A stretch of DNA of 64,000 nucleotides from Trueperaceae bacterium (GCA_965213925.1 OZ243927.1:736001-800000); one strand, 5' to 3'. Numbered from the stretch's first letter, positions 19,524-31,704 are shown. A program made the numbers and translations. Notes: generated by a model not told the origin, from the letters alone.

Positions 19524-19646
19524 AGGATGGGCGTAGGCTTGACGGTGGCGAAGGGCTTGGTCGAGGCGATGGGTGGGACCATAGGGATGGAGAGCACGCC
19601 GGGAGAGGGGAGCGCCTTCTTTTTCACGCTGCCTAGAGCGACGTAG
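19524..19646 (+). pseudogene. histidine kinase HATPase_c, 3' remnant
   Basis: Frame from 19527 reads [39 protein letters not shown] (G2 box and C-terminal strand). Confidence 0.8.
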
Positions 19647-19703
19647 TTTCAGTGCGAAGCGAGCGCGAGCCGCACCTGAGCGCGCCCGCGCTTTAAGGTA
19701 CAG

Positions 19704-20612
19704 TTGAGGATGGTCGTCCTTAGACGCATTCTCCTCGCGCTGTTCGCGGTCGTCGCTTTCCTGCTTGTGTGGTCACTCGCCGAGCCCTACGTCATCGACG
19801 AAGAGCAGTTGAGCGTTTCCCTAGCTAATCTTCCCGAAGCGTGGGAGGGCGAGCGCGTCGCGGTGCTCGCTGACTTTCAAGTGGGGATGTGGCTGGATAA
19901 TACCTGGACGATTAGGCGCATCGTAAACCGACTTATTGAAGACCGTCCCGCCGCCGTACTCATCGCAGGCGACTTCGTTTACCATCCCAGCACGAGCGAG
20001 AACAACGAATCAGCGAAAGCGGCTGAATTTCTTAGACCTTTAGTAGACGCGGGCATACCGGTCTACGCCGTTTTAGGCAACCACGACTACGGAATGCCTA
20101 CCGCCAAAGCGCGCAAGGACGAGGCGTTGGCTGAGGATGTGCGTACGGCGTTAGAAGGCGTAGGGGTGCGAGTTCTCCAGAATGAGGCAGTGGCGCTATC
20201 CCCTACAGGCAACGCTTCGTCCCCTCTTTACCTCATCGGCGTCGGACCTCACATCGCGGACGAGAGCAACCCCGAAGCGGCGCTTTCACAACTGCCCGAA
20301 GGCGCACCTCGCCTCGCCCTGATGCACCACCCCGCCTCGTTCACGCAGTTTCCAGCGGGCACTGCGCCTCTGGCGTTCGGGGCGCACACGCACGGCGGGC
20401 AGCTCAGCTTGCCCTTTACGCCTTCTTGGAGCTACATGGCGTATATCGAGGAAGACACCGTCCACGCGGACGGTTGGGTCAATAACTACGGCGCGGCGAA
20501 CAACCGTCTTTACGTAAACCGGGGCATCGGCTTTAGTGTCATCCCTATGAGGTTCAACGCAGCACCAGAACTTACGCTCGTCACGCTAAAACGTGAAGGT
20601 GTGACAAACTAA
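19704..20612 (+). CDS. metallophosphoesterase (YkuE-like)
   Basis: ADFQ, AGDF, LGNHD, HTHGGQ and NRGIG motifs. Confidence 0.88.
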   Translation: MRMVVLRRILLALFAVVAFLLVWSLAEPYVIDEEQLSVSLANLPEAWEGERVAVLADFQVGMWLDNTWTIRRIVNRLIEDRPAAVLIAGDFVYHPSTSENNESAKAAEFLRPLVDAGIPVYAVLGNHDYGMPTAKARKDEALAEDVRTALEGVGVRVLQNEAVALSPTGNASSPLYLIGVGPHIADESNPEAALSQLPEGAPRLALMHHPASFTQFPAGTAPLAFGAHTHGGQLSLPFTPSWSYMAYIEEDTVHADGWVNNYGAANNRLYVNRGIGFSVIPMRFNAAPELTLVTLKREGVTN

Positions 20613-20667
20613 AGAGGTGGATGAAAGGTGCGTAGAGAGCACAAAACGTTTTACTATATAGCTATCT

Positions 20668-21174
20668 ATGACTCAGGCAACCCTCACTAAGGAAGACAGG
20701 TCTGTTAGCGTCACCTTGGAGCGCGGTGACTTCATGTACTACACCTGGACGTCGGCGTTAGAGCGCCCCATCCTCCCCTTTTTCATCTACACCTTTACGG
20801 CGCTCGTCTTGGTGAGCCTCACTGGGCTCTGGCCTACAGGCAGCCTCTACGCCTTCGCTGTGATGATTCCCCTCGTAGGCTACACGCTCTTCGTCTGGCT
20901 GAGCGCCTGGCTGACGTGGCGGCGCTTTCCGATGATTCGCGAGCCTAAGCGCTACGTTTTCAAGGAGAAGTCGTACCTTTTAGAAGAGAGCGGCAAAAAG
21001 ACGCCCGTTGCCTACGAAGAGGTAGACGTGCTCACCTCTCGTCGCGGAATTTACCTCTTGCGGCGCACGGGGAGTGCGGACCTCTTGCCGAAGCGAAGCG
21101 TGGAGGATATAGAGAGGTTATTGGCGTTTTTGGAGCAAAAAACAGGCGAGGCGAGAACGTCAAACTTCCTTTAA
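20668..21174 (+). CDS. YcxB-like membrane protein
   Basis: Two TM helices and a C-terminal IYL...LLPKR motif. Confidence 0.65.
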   Translation: MTQATLTKEDRSVSVTLERGDFMYYTWTSALERPILPFFIYTFTALVLVSLTGLWPTGSLYAFAVMIPLVGYTLFVWLSAWLTWRRFPMIREPKRYVFKEKSYLLEESGKKTPVAYEEVDVLTSRRGIYLLRRTGSADLLPKRSVEDIERLLAFLEQKTGEARTSNFL

Positions 21175-21413
21175 GGTTCTACTTCCGCACCTTCGACCTC
21201 TTCACAGACCATCTTGAAAAACGGAAGCGATTGGCTCAACGTCTTTTTGCACTGCAAGTTGCCTAGTGTCACGTCTGCTGAGGCTTCACCCGCTTGAACG
21301 CTGATGTCCGTTTGAACGTTATCGGTGACGGCGAAAATGAGGGCGACGACGAGCCACACCGTAAGGACGAGGGCAGCTAACCCTAGCATCATGCGGCGTT
21401 TGCGGGGTGCCAT
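21171..21413 (-). CDS. small exported hypothetical protein
   Basis: Basic N-terminus plus hydrophobic helix; two Cys. Confidence 0.55.
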   Translation of the reverse strand: MAPRKRRMMLGLAALVLTVWLVVALIFAVTDNVQTDISVQAGEASADVTLGNLQCKKTLSQSLPFFKMVCEEVEGAEVEP

Positions 21414-21522
21414 CTTGTTTCACTATAAACCTTGCGCCTGTAGGCTTCGCGTTTGTATCGGGGGCTCGAGCCGAACAAGAAAAGAGGAGCCAGCTTGTAG
21501 CTAACTCCTCGGTGGATTCAAC

Positions 21523-21540
21523 AAGGGGTTTCAACCCCTT
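21523..21540. repeat. AAGGGGTT-NC-AACCCCTT REP-like palindrome, copy 1
   Basis: Recurs at 26355-26374 and 42477-42502. Confidence 0.8.
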
Positions 21541-21548
21541 ACTTTAAC

Positions 21549-23222
21549 CTAGTCGTGCGCGGTTGCCGACACCGAACCTCTCGGATAGCGGATATCTTCC
21601 ACGAATTCCTGAATGTCAGCGGGCGGCTCCGCTGTCGCCCTAGACACCACGTACATCACGATGAAGCTGATAATCATCCCGACCGCGCCGATGCCCTGCG
21701 CGGTGATGCCGAACAAGAAGGGGTCGATATCAAGCATCCGGTCGGCGGTCAAGACGATGTAGGTGCCCGTAAAGATGAGCCCAACTGCCATCCCCGCAAT
21801 CGCCCCCTCTTTGTTCGCACGTTTGTCGAAAATCCCCATGACGATAACGGGGAAGAAACTTGCCGCCGCTAAGCCGAAGGCAAAGGCGACCACCTCCGCG
21901 ACGTAGCCGCCCGGATTGACGCCGAAGTAGCCCGCGATAAAGACCGCTACGAGCACCGAGACCCTCGCGACGACCAACTCGTGTTGCTCCGAGGCGTCGG
22001 GTTTGATAAGGCGTTTATAGATGTCGTGCGAGAACGACGAGCCTACCACCAAGAGAAGCCCCGACGCCGTCGAAAGCGCCGCCGCTAACCCCCCCGCCGC
22101 GACGATGCCCACAACCCAGGCGGGCAAGCCCGCAATTTCGGGATTCGCAAGCACCAAGATGTCAGGGCTAATCGTGACTTCGTTGTCTTCACCGTTGGTG
22201 TATTGGGCAATACCGTCATTGTTGAGGTCATTGACGGAGAAAAGCGTCGCGTCGGACTCGCCCCAAGTCTGCGTCCAGGAGGGAAGCTCGGCGATGGGCA
22301 CGCCGTTGACGCCCTCGATGAGGTTGGTTTTGGCGAACACCGCTACTGCGGGCGCGGTCGTGTAGAGAAGCCCGATGCAGACCAGCGCCCAGAAGCCCGT
22401 CCAGCGCGCGCCCTTAACCGACTTGGCCGTGTAGAAGCGGACGATCACGTGAGGTAAGCCGGCTGTGCCGCACATGAGCGTCATCGCGATCAAAAAGACG
22501 TTGAGACCACTTATGTTGGTAAAAGGTGAAGTGTAGACGCCGAAGCCCAACTCCTCTTGAATGCCGTTGAGCCGCGTCGCCACTTCGCCGAAGGCGAGCT
22601 GCGGCACGGGGTTACCTGTGAGCGCCGCCGCAATCGCAATCGCGGGAATCGCGTAGGCGATCATCAGCACGACGTACTGGGCGACCTGCGTGTAAGTGAT
22701 GCCCTTCATGCCGCCTAAAATGGCGTAAATCGCGACGATGACCATGCCGATGATGATGCCAATAGTGATATCCACCTGCAAAAAGCGGCTAAAGGCGATG
22801 CCGACGCCGCGCATCTGCCCAGCGACGTAGGTGAGTGAAACCGTCACGGCGCACGCCGCCGCGACGATACGCGCCGTGCGCGAGTAGTACCTGTCGCCGA
22901 CGAACTCGGGCACGGTGTACTTGCCGAACTTGCGTAAATAGGGCGCTAAAAGGAGCGCCAAGAGGACGTAACCGCCCGTCCAGCCGAGCAGGTAGATCGC
23001 GCCGTCGAAGCCGTTGAGGGCGATAAGCCCCGCCATCGAGATGAAGGACGCCGCGCTCATCCAGTCCGCGCCGACCGCCATGCCGTTTAAGACCGAGGGG
23101 ACGCCCTGACCCGCGACGTAGAAACCCGCCGTCGACGAAACCCGCGCCCATACCGCAATGCCGATATACAAGCTGAAGGTGCCAACGACGAAGATGAGCG
23201 TCCAGAGAAAAATGGGGTCCAT
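21549..23222 (-). CDS. actP: sodium:solute symporter, acetate permease ActP-like
   Basis: NGMAVGADWMSAASF, GTAGLPHVIVRFYT and AAALSTASGLLL motifs; next to acs. Confidence 0.88.
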   Translation of the reverse strand: MDPIFLWTLIFVVGTFSLYIGIAVWARVSSTAGFYVAGQGVPSVLNGMAVGADWMSAASFISMAGLIALNGFDGAIYLLGWTGGYVLLALLLAPYLRKFGKYTVPEFVGDRYYSRTARIVAAACAVTVSLTYVAGQMRGVGIAFSRFLQVDITIGIIIGMVIVAIYAILGGMKGITYTQVAQYVVLMIAYAIPAIAIAAALTGNPVPQLAFGEVATRLNGIQEELGFGVYTSPFTNISGLNVFLIAMTLMCGTAGLPHVIVRFYTAKSVKGARWTGFWALVCIGLLYTTAPAVAVFAKTNLIEGVNGVPIAELPSWTQTWGESDATLFSVNDLNNDGIAQYTNGEDNEVTISPDILVLANPEIAGLPAWVVGIVAAGGLAAALSTASGLLLVVGSSFSHDIYKRLIKPDASEQHELVVARVSVLVAVFIAGYFGVNPGGYVAEVVAFAFGLAAASFFPVIVMGIFDKRANKEGAIAGMAVGLIFTGTYIVLTADRMLDIDPFLFGITAQGIGAVGMIISFIVMYVVSRATAEPPADIQEFVEDIRYPRGSVSATAHD

Positions 23223-23600
23223 TCAGTTGCCGTCCTGTTCTTCCACGCCGAACTCTTCGTCCAGCTTGTTCATGCGTAGCGCGTAAATGAGAATCAGCAG
23301 CACGAAGACGTAAATCGCGCCGTTTTGCGCCATCCAGAAGCCCAGAGGCGCACCTAAAAAGGTGAAGTTGTTGAGCCAGGGCGCGAGAATAATCGAGATG
23401 ATGTAGCCGACCACGAACCAAACTGCTAAAAGGCTTAGCGTCAAGCTGATGTTGCGCTTCCAGTAGTTTTGGAGCATCTCCTTGTTTTCGCTGCTGAACG
23501 AGCCCGTTTTACTTGCCTCGTTGCCGTCCTTGTCTCCACCGCCGCGCTGAACGCTGACGACGCCCTCTTTTCTCTTTTTCTTGCCTTTTGTACTCACCAT
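23223..23600 (-). CDS. symporter small subunit (DUF4212, YjcH analogue)
   Basis: YWKRN...G.PLGFWMAQNGAI...MNKLDEEFG; AGGAGG RBS before the ATG at 23600; abuts actP. Confidence 0.88.
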   Translation of the reverse strand: MVSTKGKKKRKEGVVSVQRGGGDKDGNEASKTGSFSSENKEMLQNYWKRNISLTLSLLAVWFVVGYIISIILAPWLNNFTFLGAPLGFWMAQNGAIYVFVLLILIYALRMNKLDEEFGVEEQDGN

Positions 23601-23648
23601 ACCTCCTAAGTGCGAAACCACCTTCGCGTTGCGTATGTTTTTAACGTT

Positions 23649-24120
23649 TTACGCTTTTAATGTTGACGTGCCGCTAGGGTTTTGCCCTAACACCCGAGCT
23701 TTAAGAAGTCGGCGCACTGCCGCTTCGTGTTTTAGGGAGTCCGTCTACAAAGGTCACCTCCGCTAGCGTTGCAACCGGACCATGCTCGAGGTGAACATGG
23801 CGGAAAAGGTTTTGGGTAATCTCAACATCTTTACGCAGCACCACTTCACGCAGCACCACGGCTCGAGTCGCCTCGCCCTCACTTTCGCCTAACGCAACAG
23901 GTGCCGACTCGAGAAGGGTTGGACCGACGTGGCGTCGGGCTCCACTGAATAAGGCTTCACCTCGAGAGGTGCGCCGCATAAACCCTTCAACCTCCCGAAA
24001 CGCCTCTTTCCTTTCGGTAGAGCAGCAGACCGCCTCATATTCTTGCAAAGCGGCACATGCTTTAACCTCGCTAGACGGTCTAAAAATGACTTGCTCTTGT
24101 AAACGTGCATCTTGCCCCAC
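23649..24120 (-). pseudogene. internally deleted acetyl-CoA synthetase paralogue
   Basis: N-terminal LQEQVIFRPSSE..A.LQEYE joined to C-terminal HV..EHGPVA..EVTFVDGLPKTRSG, then a frameshift into VRRLLKARVLGQNPSGTSTLKA*. Confidence 0.8.
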
Positions 24121-24367
24121 GCGCTCACCGCCTCATTTCTTGCTCGCAACCGCTCGAGAGGAAAGATACAAACAACGTTTCTCTCCTCAGATAGACCGAA
24201 CAAAGATAGGTATAAAAACTGAACTTAGAGGTAATCTTATCGCTTCACTTTGCAGCACGTCAAGGACGCCTAAGCACCGAAGAGTACTCAGACACCTTGT
24301 TTGGATGTGCCACGTTATGCTAGCTTTTACATCGTCAATATAAAGTTTCATGTTTTGGAGGCAAATT

Positions 24368-26314
<1,947 letters not shown>

Positions 26315-26354
26315 GTTGGTGGTGTCTTTATCTGGAACGGCGCGGACGCCAAAG

Positions 26355-26374
26355 CAAGGGGTTTCAACCCCTTG
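26355..26374. repeat. REP-like palindrome, copy 2
   Basis: CAAGGGGTTTCAACCCCTTG downstream of acs. Confidence 0.8.
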
Positions 26375-26509
26375 TTCACTCCCCTGTTCAGTATGTAGAG
26401 ATAGCAGAGGGAGCGCGTAGCAGCGCTCGACTCAGAACCGCTACCGCGGTGTTGCTCAAGCCCCCCGTAAGTTCTGCACTCCAAACAAAGCGTATAGGTC
26501 AGAGGATGG

Positions 26510-27385
26510 TCAAGCGATCCTCTGACCTTCTTTTTGACCAGCCTGAGGTTGAGCCGACTTCCACCGCACCTCGCTTATCAGCATCGCAACGACGATGAGC
26601 GCGCCGCCCAACCAACCTAATAGCCCGAGCGTCTCACCGCGCACGAAGTAGGCAAAAATCGCCGCGAAAACAGGCTCTAAAACGAAGATGAGCGCGGCGA
26701 GATAGGCAGGCACGACCCGCTGCGCCGACACCTGCAACACCGAGATGAGTGCTGTGGCAACGACGGCGAGATAGAGAATCGCGCTATACGTCCCTAGTGG
26801 GACCGAAGCGAGCGTACCGATTTGCGGCAGCGCCCAGACCCACGCGAGCGCCGCCATGAGCCAGAGCTGCACCGCGCTGAGCGCCCACACGCTGTGCTGC
26901 GCTGCGACCTCTCCCAAATAGACAATATAGAGTGCGTACGCCAGCGCCGTGCCGAGTACCCAGATATCTCCCGTGGTGACGCCTACCGGTCCTGTCAACG
27001 TCATTAAACCTAGACCTGCGAGCGCAACGCAGGCAGCGAGAAAAGCTTTCGGCGGTACGCGGTTGCCGAACCACGCCGCGCTGACTATAGGGGTAAGCAC
27101 GACGCTCAGCCCAGTGATAAAGGCGGCTTTCGAAGCTGTCGTGCTCACCAGCCCGAGCGTCTGCGTCGCGAAGCCCGCGAAGGTGAGTAGCCCTAAGATT
27201 AGACCCGGTACGAGCGTTTGACGCGGCGGTCTCACCCAGCTAAAGAGCAGCCCCGCCGCGCTGAAACGCAGCGCGAGTAACAGCGCAGGGGAGAGGGTCT
27301 CCAAGGCGTCTTTAACGACGACGAACGTCGTTCCCCAAACCAAGGTGATAAAAACGAGCGTGAGGATACCGAGCGCGGGAGACAT
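26510..27385 (-). CDS. EamA/DMT family transporter
   Basis: WGTTFVVVK, AAFITGL and LEPVFAA motifs; about 10 TM. Confidence 0.9.
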   Translation of the reverse strand: MSPALGILTLVFITLVWGTTFVVVKDALETLSPALLLALRFSAAGLLFSWVRPPRQTLVPGLILGLLTFAGFATQTLGLVSTTASKAAFITGLSVVLTPIVSAAWFGNRVPPKAFLAACVALAGLGLMTLTGPVGVTTGDIWVLGTALAYALYIVYLGEVAAQHSVWALSAVQLWLMAALAWVWALPQIGTLASVPLGTYSAILYLAVVATALISVLQVSAQRVVPAYLAALIFVLEPVFAAIFAYFVRGETLGLLGWLGGALIVVAMLISEVRWKSAQPQAGQKEGQRIA

Positions 27386-27460
27386 AGAGAGAATTGTGGC
27401 ACGTTCGTACGGGGGCTGTCGCTTCACGGTGAACGTTCGGTCATGCCGTAAAATAGACCT

Positions 27461-27934
27461 ATGAATTTTCGTATCGGTTTTGGCGAAGACGCGCACAGGT
27501 TAGCCGCAGGGCGTCCTCTTGTGGTTGGCGGGGTGGAGATTGAAAGCGAACGCGGTGCGGTGGCGCATAGTGATGGGGACGTACTTTTACACGCGCTGGC
27601 GGACGCGCTACTCTCGAGCCTCTCCCTAGGCGACATCGGTCTCTACTTTCCCCCATCCAACCCCGAGTTTAAGGATTTAGATAGCACTAGTATCGTGCGG
27701 CGTGTGCTAGACCTTTTGCGAGAACGTGGACCTCTTGCGATAGGCAACGTTGCCGTTGTCGTCACCCTCGACAAACCCAAGCTCGGCGCTTATCGGGAGC
27801 GGATTCAACAGAACGTTGCGGACCTCTTGGGTGTAAACCCGCGAGATGTCGGCGTTGGTTTCAAGACGAGCGAAGGACTCGCGCCGGGGCATATTCAAGC
27901 AAGGGCAACCGTTCTCCTTCATCCACCGTCGTAA
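27461..27934 (+). CDS. ispF: 2-C-methyl-D-erythritol 2,4-cyclodiphosphate synthase
   Basis: [25 protein letters not shown] and GDIG motifs. Confidence 0.95.
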   Translation: MNFRIGFGEDAHRLAAGRPLVVGGVEIESERGAVAHSDGDVLLHALADALLSSLSLGDIGLYFPPSNPEFKDLDSTSIVRRVLDLLRERGPLAIGNVAVVVTLDKPKLGAYRERIQQNVADLLGVNPRDVGVGFKTSEGLAPGHIQARATVLLHPPS

Positions 27935-27955
27935 ACTCAGCTAGGAGGTTTACCC

Positions 27956-28414
27956 ATGAGTGTAACGGTTGGAGAAAAAGCGCCGGACTTCACGCTGAAG
28001 TCCACCTTGGACAAAGAGGTCAGTTTGGAGGACTACCGGGGAGAAAAGAACGTCGTGCTGGTCTTCTACCCGCTCGATTTCTCACCGACGTGCAGTATGC
28101 AACTCCCCGAATATTCGGGGCGCAAGGACGACTTCGCGGAGATGGACGCGGAGGTTGTCGGCGTGAACCGTGACAGCGTCTATACGCACAAGGCGTGGTC
28201 TAAGGAGTTCAACATCGAGATTCCGCTGCTGGCAGATATGACGGGCGACGCAGCAAAAGCGTACAACGTTTATATGCCCGAGCGCGGCATTAGCAAGAGA
28301 GCGGTTTTTATCATCGACAAAGAGGGCGGGCTGCGCTTTAAGCACGTCGAGGAGACGCCGGGGGACTTTACGCTTCACGCAGACGATATTTTGGCGGAGT
28401 TGCAGAAGCTCTAG
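27956..28414 (+). CDS. 1-Cys peroxiredoxin (AhpE/BCP-like)
   Basis: FYPLDFSPTC and RAVFIIDKEG motifs. Confidence 0.88.
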   Translation: MSVTVGEKAPDFTLKSTLDKEVSLEDYRGEKNVVLVFYPLDFSPTCSMQLPEYSGRKDDFAEMDAEVVGVNRDSVYTHKAWSKEFNIEIPLLADMTGDAAKAYNVYMPERGISKRAVFIIDKEGGLRFKHVEETPGDFTLHADDILAELQKL

Positions 28415-28425
28415 ACGAACCGGCA

Positions 28426-28471
28426 CAAAAAAATAAAAAGAAGACCCTCGAGCCTAAGCTCGAGGGTCTTC
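28426..28471 (-). terminator. intrinsic terminator between convergent genes
   Basis: Perfect 14-bp stem GAAGACCCTCGAGC-CTAA-GCTCGAGGGTCTTC with an A-tract on the left (U-tract for the minus-strand gene). Confidence 0.85.
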
Positions 28472-28497
28472 CCCTGCTAATCTTCTGTTAGCTTTGC

Positions 28498-29553
28498 TTA
28501 GAAGCGGTAGTTGAGACCTGCTGCAACGGTCGGGTAGATGTCTTCGTAGTCATCGGTTCCGTCAAGCTCGGGGTCATCGAGGTAGTAGTCGACCATACCT
28601 TCGACGAAGATGCCGATTTTACCGAAGAGCGCATATTCAGCGCCTAAGAGACCACTGATGAAAAGCGCATCTGCCGTGTCGGTGTCGAAGATGAGGTTCT
28701 CGAACTGGTAGCCTGCACCTGCGCCGACATACGCGCGGATGTTCGGACCGCCGAGCGTGTAGGTCAGGTGACCTATCGCCGCAAACGTGCCCTCATCGAG
28801 CGGCGTCTGGCGGGCGTAGTCCGCTGTGGCGCGAAGACCGATGCCGCCGAAGATTTTGTCGATGCCGAGAACTGCGCGCACACCGAAATCTTCGCTCAAC
28901 TCATTGAGACCGCCGAGGCCGAAATAGAGACCGCCGCCGCCGCCGGCGCTAGGCGCTTCGACTTCTGCGGGCTGAACCTCGGTGACTTCGGGTTGAGGGG
29001 TGACTTCGGCCGTACCAGGTTCACCTGGAGGACCCTGCGGACCTTCCGGACCCTGCGGACCTTCCGGACCCTGCGGACCTTCCGGACCTTGGAGCGCACC
29101 GGAGTCGATCTGGGCGCGGAGCGATTCTAATTCTGCGCTCAGCTGGTCGACTTGCTGCTGAAGCTCTTCGCTACCTCCCGCTTGCACGCTCTCTTCGAGC
29201 GAAGAGACGCGGCTGCTGAGCGAATCGAGGTCGGACGAGACTTCTTGTACGGCGTTGCGCAGTGAAGCGATGTCCTCTTCGCTGCCCGCTCCCGCTTGCG
29301 CGTAGTTCTCGTCGATGTAGTCGAGCACGCGGCTGATGACGAGCGCGGCTTGGTAGCGTGTGAAGCTCTCATTACCGCCGAAGGTGCCGTCAGGGAAACC
29401 TAGAATGATGCCTAGGTCCGAAAGGCGCGCTACGGCGTCCTCAGCGTAAGAGCCCGCGGGAACGTCCGGGAAGGGCGTGGAGCCGCCCGTCGTTTGAGCG
29501 TACGACCCGCTCGCAAAGGCCATGATAAGCATGGTTAGTAACAGTTTCTTCAT
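28498..29553 (-). CDS. SLH / coiled-coil / collagen-like / outer-membrane beta-barrel protein
   Basis: Signal peptide; SLH domain (FPDVP...[11 protein letters not shown]...TRYQAA); heptads; 9 Gly-X-Y triplets; amphipathic strands ending GLNYRF. Confidence 0.85.
   Translation of the reverse strand: MKKLLLTMLIMAFASGSYAQTTGGSTPFPDVPAGSYAEDAVARLSDLGIILGFPDGTFGGNESFTRYQAALVISRVLDYIDENYAQAGAGSEEDIASLRNAVQEVSSDLDSLSSRVSSLEESVQAGGSEELQQQVDQLSAELESLRAQIDSGALQGPEGPQGPEGPQGPEGPQGPPGEPGTAEVTPQPEVTEVQPAEVEAPSAGGGGGLYFGLGGLNELSEDFGVRAVLGIDKIFGGIGLRATADYARQTPLDEGTFAAIGHLTYTLGGPNIRAYVGAGAGYQFENLIFDTDTADALFISGLLGAEYALFGKIGIFVEGMVDYYLDDPELDGTDDYEDIYPTVAAGLNYRF
29031..29084. repeat. 18-bp tandem repeat x3 encoding GPEGPQ
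   Basis: Three perfect copies of GACCCTGCGGACCTTCCG. Confidence 0.95.
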
Positions 29554-29952
29554 ATCATCCTCTCTCGTTGAACTTAGGTTGAAATACGTCTGTTTGAGCT
29601 TGCTGAGGCTCATCAACCCCCTTTCAAGGCGTCTGCATGAAGTGCAAACTCGCACGGTAGTCTTACACAGTTACTCAAACATGTGATGAAGAGATGGTGA
29701 GAGTCATGCCCTGCAGAGGGATTATGTAGACCAGCGTACTCAGATTTGCCACCGCTTTAGAAATCGTTGAAACAGTGGACTATATCCCTGTCAAACCTAA
29801 CAACCGTGCACTGGCGCAACACTAAGCTACCCTACAAAGGAATGACGGTGTCGCTTTGATGCGGGTAGCCTTGGAAGAGATGAGTGAAATAGCTCACAGC
29901 GGATGAACGCTGAGTTGCGACCCAACAGTAGGTTGAAAACGACGTGTCGCGT

Positions 29953-30270
29953 TCAGTTCTCCTGATAATCAATGAAGACTTTGCTGTCTTCAACCCTCGT
30001 TTGATAAAGCCGTACCTTTTTCACAGCGGGCATCGTCGGGCGTCCATTTTTAAGGTTGAACTTCGCGCCGTGCCGCTCGCACTTCACCGCGCCCTCCAGA
30101 AGTTCACCGTCATGTAAGATGCCGTTATCGTGCGTACAGCGGTCCTCTAAGGCGTAAAATTCACCCTTTTGGTGGACGAGCAAGACAGGCTTACCCCCTA
30201 TTTGGAAAGGGTGCATGGAGTTGTCGGGGAAGTCGGCGACGCTGCCGACCTCTAAGCTGGCTGTGGTCAT
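29953..30270 (-). CDS. Rieske-type ferredoxin
   Basis: CTH...CERH motif; last gene of the suf operon. Confidence 0.9.
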   Translation of the reverse strand: MTTASLEVGSVADFPDNSMHPFQIGGKPVLLVHQKGEFYALEDRCTHDNGILHDGELLEGAVKCERHGAKFNLKNGRPTMPAVKKVRLYQTRVEDSKVFIDYQEN

Positions 30271-30294
30271 AAAATCCTTTCGGGTTAAAAGAGA

Positions 30295-30337
30295 AAAGGA
30301 CTGAGCGTTTCTACTTTCACCTCAGTCCTCAGTCCTT
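30295..30337. repeat. AGGACTG-heptamer palindromic repeat
   Basis: AAAGGACTGAG...CTCAGTCCTCAGTCCTTT; related copies at 31705-31756, 33222-33275 and 48018-48062. Confidence 0.75.
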
Positions 30338-30365
30338 TCACCTCGTTACAACTGAATCCAACATC

Positions 30366-31688
30366 TCAAAGTTTTTCTTCGACCCCTGGAACTCCCAACT
30401 TCGCCTGCACAACCCGCTCCACGTATTCCGCTACCTTGGGCAGCGTCACGCGGCTCGTGACCTCATGCAAGAAGCCTGTAACGAGCACGTGCTCGGCGAC
30501 CTCGGGCTTGAGACCGCGACTCATAAGGTAAAAGCGCTGGTCTTCGGGAACAGGGGAGACCGTCGAGCCGTGCGAACAGCGCACGTCATTCGCGGCGATT
30601 TCTAGCTGCGGGATCGAGACCGCTTCGCTCTCTTCATCTAGGAGCAAGTTGCGGTTCGTCTGGTAGGCGTCGGTCTTCTGCGCGTTTTCGTCCACTACAA
30701 TATTGCCAGAGTAGACCGCCTCTGAGGAATCGCGCAGTGCGCCCTTAAATAAGAGGTCACTAAACGCATGGTCCGAGGCGTGGTGCTGCAAGGTGTACTG
30801 GTTGTAGTGCTGACCCTTATCCGCAAAGTAGAGCCCTAGCATCTCGGACTCGGAGCCTGGACCGGACAAGACGGACTCGACTTCAGCGCGCGCCGCGTCC
30901 GCGCCGAGCGAGACGGTCAGCGATTCTAAGCGGCTGTTGCGTCCAACTTTGGCGCGAATCTTGTTCAGGTGAACGACGCTGCGGCTCCAGTTTTGCAAGC
31001 TCACGTAGCGGAGCTTCGCGCCGTCGCCTAAGACGATCTCCGCGCCGCCCGAGACGAACAGCCGCTCGCCGAACTCCTCCGAAGTGTACTCGTCGATAAA
31101 GGTGGCTTTGGCGTTCGCCTCCAAGATGATCAGCGTGCGCGGCGCGGTGATGCCGCCCGCGTCGGCTGAGTTGAACGCGCCTAGCGGCAAGCTCACCTCG
31201 ACGTTACGAGGGACATACACGAACGTGCCGTTCTCCCAAAAGGCTGAGTTGAGCGCCGTGTATTTCGTCTGCTGCGCGTTGATGACGCTGAAGAGGTGCG
31301 CTTTGACGAGGTCTTCGTGCTCGCGCAGCGCGGTGCGGAGGTCCGTAAAAATGACGCCCGCTTCGCTGATCTTGCTGTTGCGGTAGACGATTTCGTTGCC
31401 CTTATGGACCAAGATGCCCTCTGCGTCCGAGTCTTCAATCCTCATCTGGATGCGCTCGGAGACGTTGCGGTCTTTGGGTGCGCCAACGGGCTCGAGCCCC
31501 TCTAACGAAAACCGCTCGAGCTGCGTGTAGCGCCACACCTCATCGCGGCGGGTAGGAAAGGGCGTCGCCTCATAGGTGCGAAACGCCGCGCGGCGCTCTT
31601 CGGCAAGCCAGGCGGGTTCACTATGCTTTTGGATTAAAGCTTCGACGGTATCGGCGGATAGGGTGGGGTTTGCGACTAAGTCTGCCAT
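30366..31688 (-). CDS. sufD: Fe-S cluster assembly protein SufD
   Basis: AQKTDAYQTNRNLLL, PQLEIAANDVRCSHG and FYLMSRG motifs. Confidence 0.95.
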   Translation of the reverse strand: MADLVANPTLSADTVEALIQKHSEPAWLAEERRAAFRTYEATPFPTRRDEVWRYTQLERFSLEGLEPVGAPKDRNVSERIQMRIEDSDAEGILVHKGNEIVYRNSKISEAGVIFTDLRTALREHEDLVKAHLFSVINAQQTKYTALNSAFWENGTFVYVPRNVEVSLPLGAFNSADAGGITAPRTLIILEANAKATFIDEYTSEEFGERLFVSGGAEIVLGDGAKLRYVSLQNWSRSVVHLNKIRAKVGRNSRLESLTVSLGADAARAEVESVLSGPGSESEMLGLYFADKGQHYNQYTLQHHASDHAFSDLLFKGALRDSSEAVYSGNIVVDENAQKTDAYQTNRNLLLDEESEAVSIPQLEIAANDVRCSHGSTVSPVPEDQRFYLMSRGLKPEVAEHVLVTGFLHEVTSRVTLPKVAEYVERVVQAKLGVPGVEEKL

Positions 31689-31704
31689 AATGCTTCGCAA
31701 GAGA

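Noticed and set aside
18784..19627. ORFs 18784-19488 and 19142-19627 as intact genes
   Set aside because: They are frameshift run-ons or antisense readings of the AI-2E and kinase remnants.
23633..23665. RDRM-like words upstream of the symporter small subunit
   Set aside because: The matches are imperfect, overlap the acs pseudogene stop region and have no DNA-repair context.
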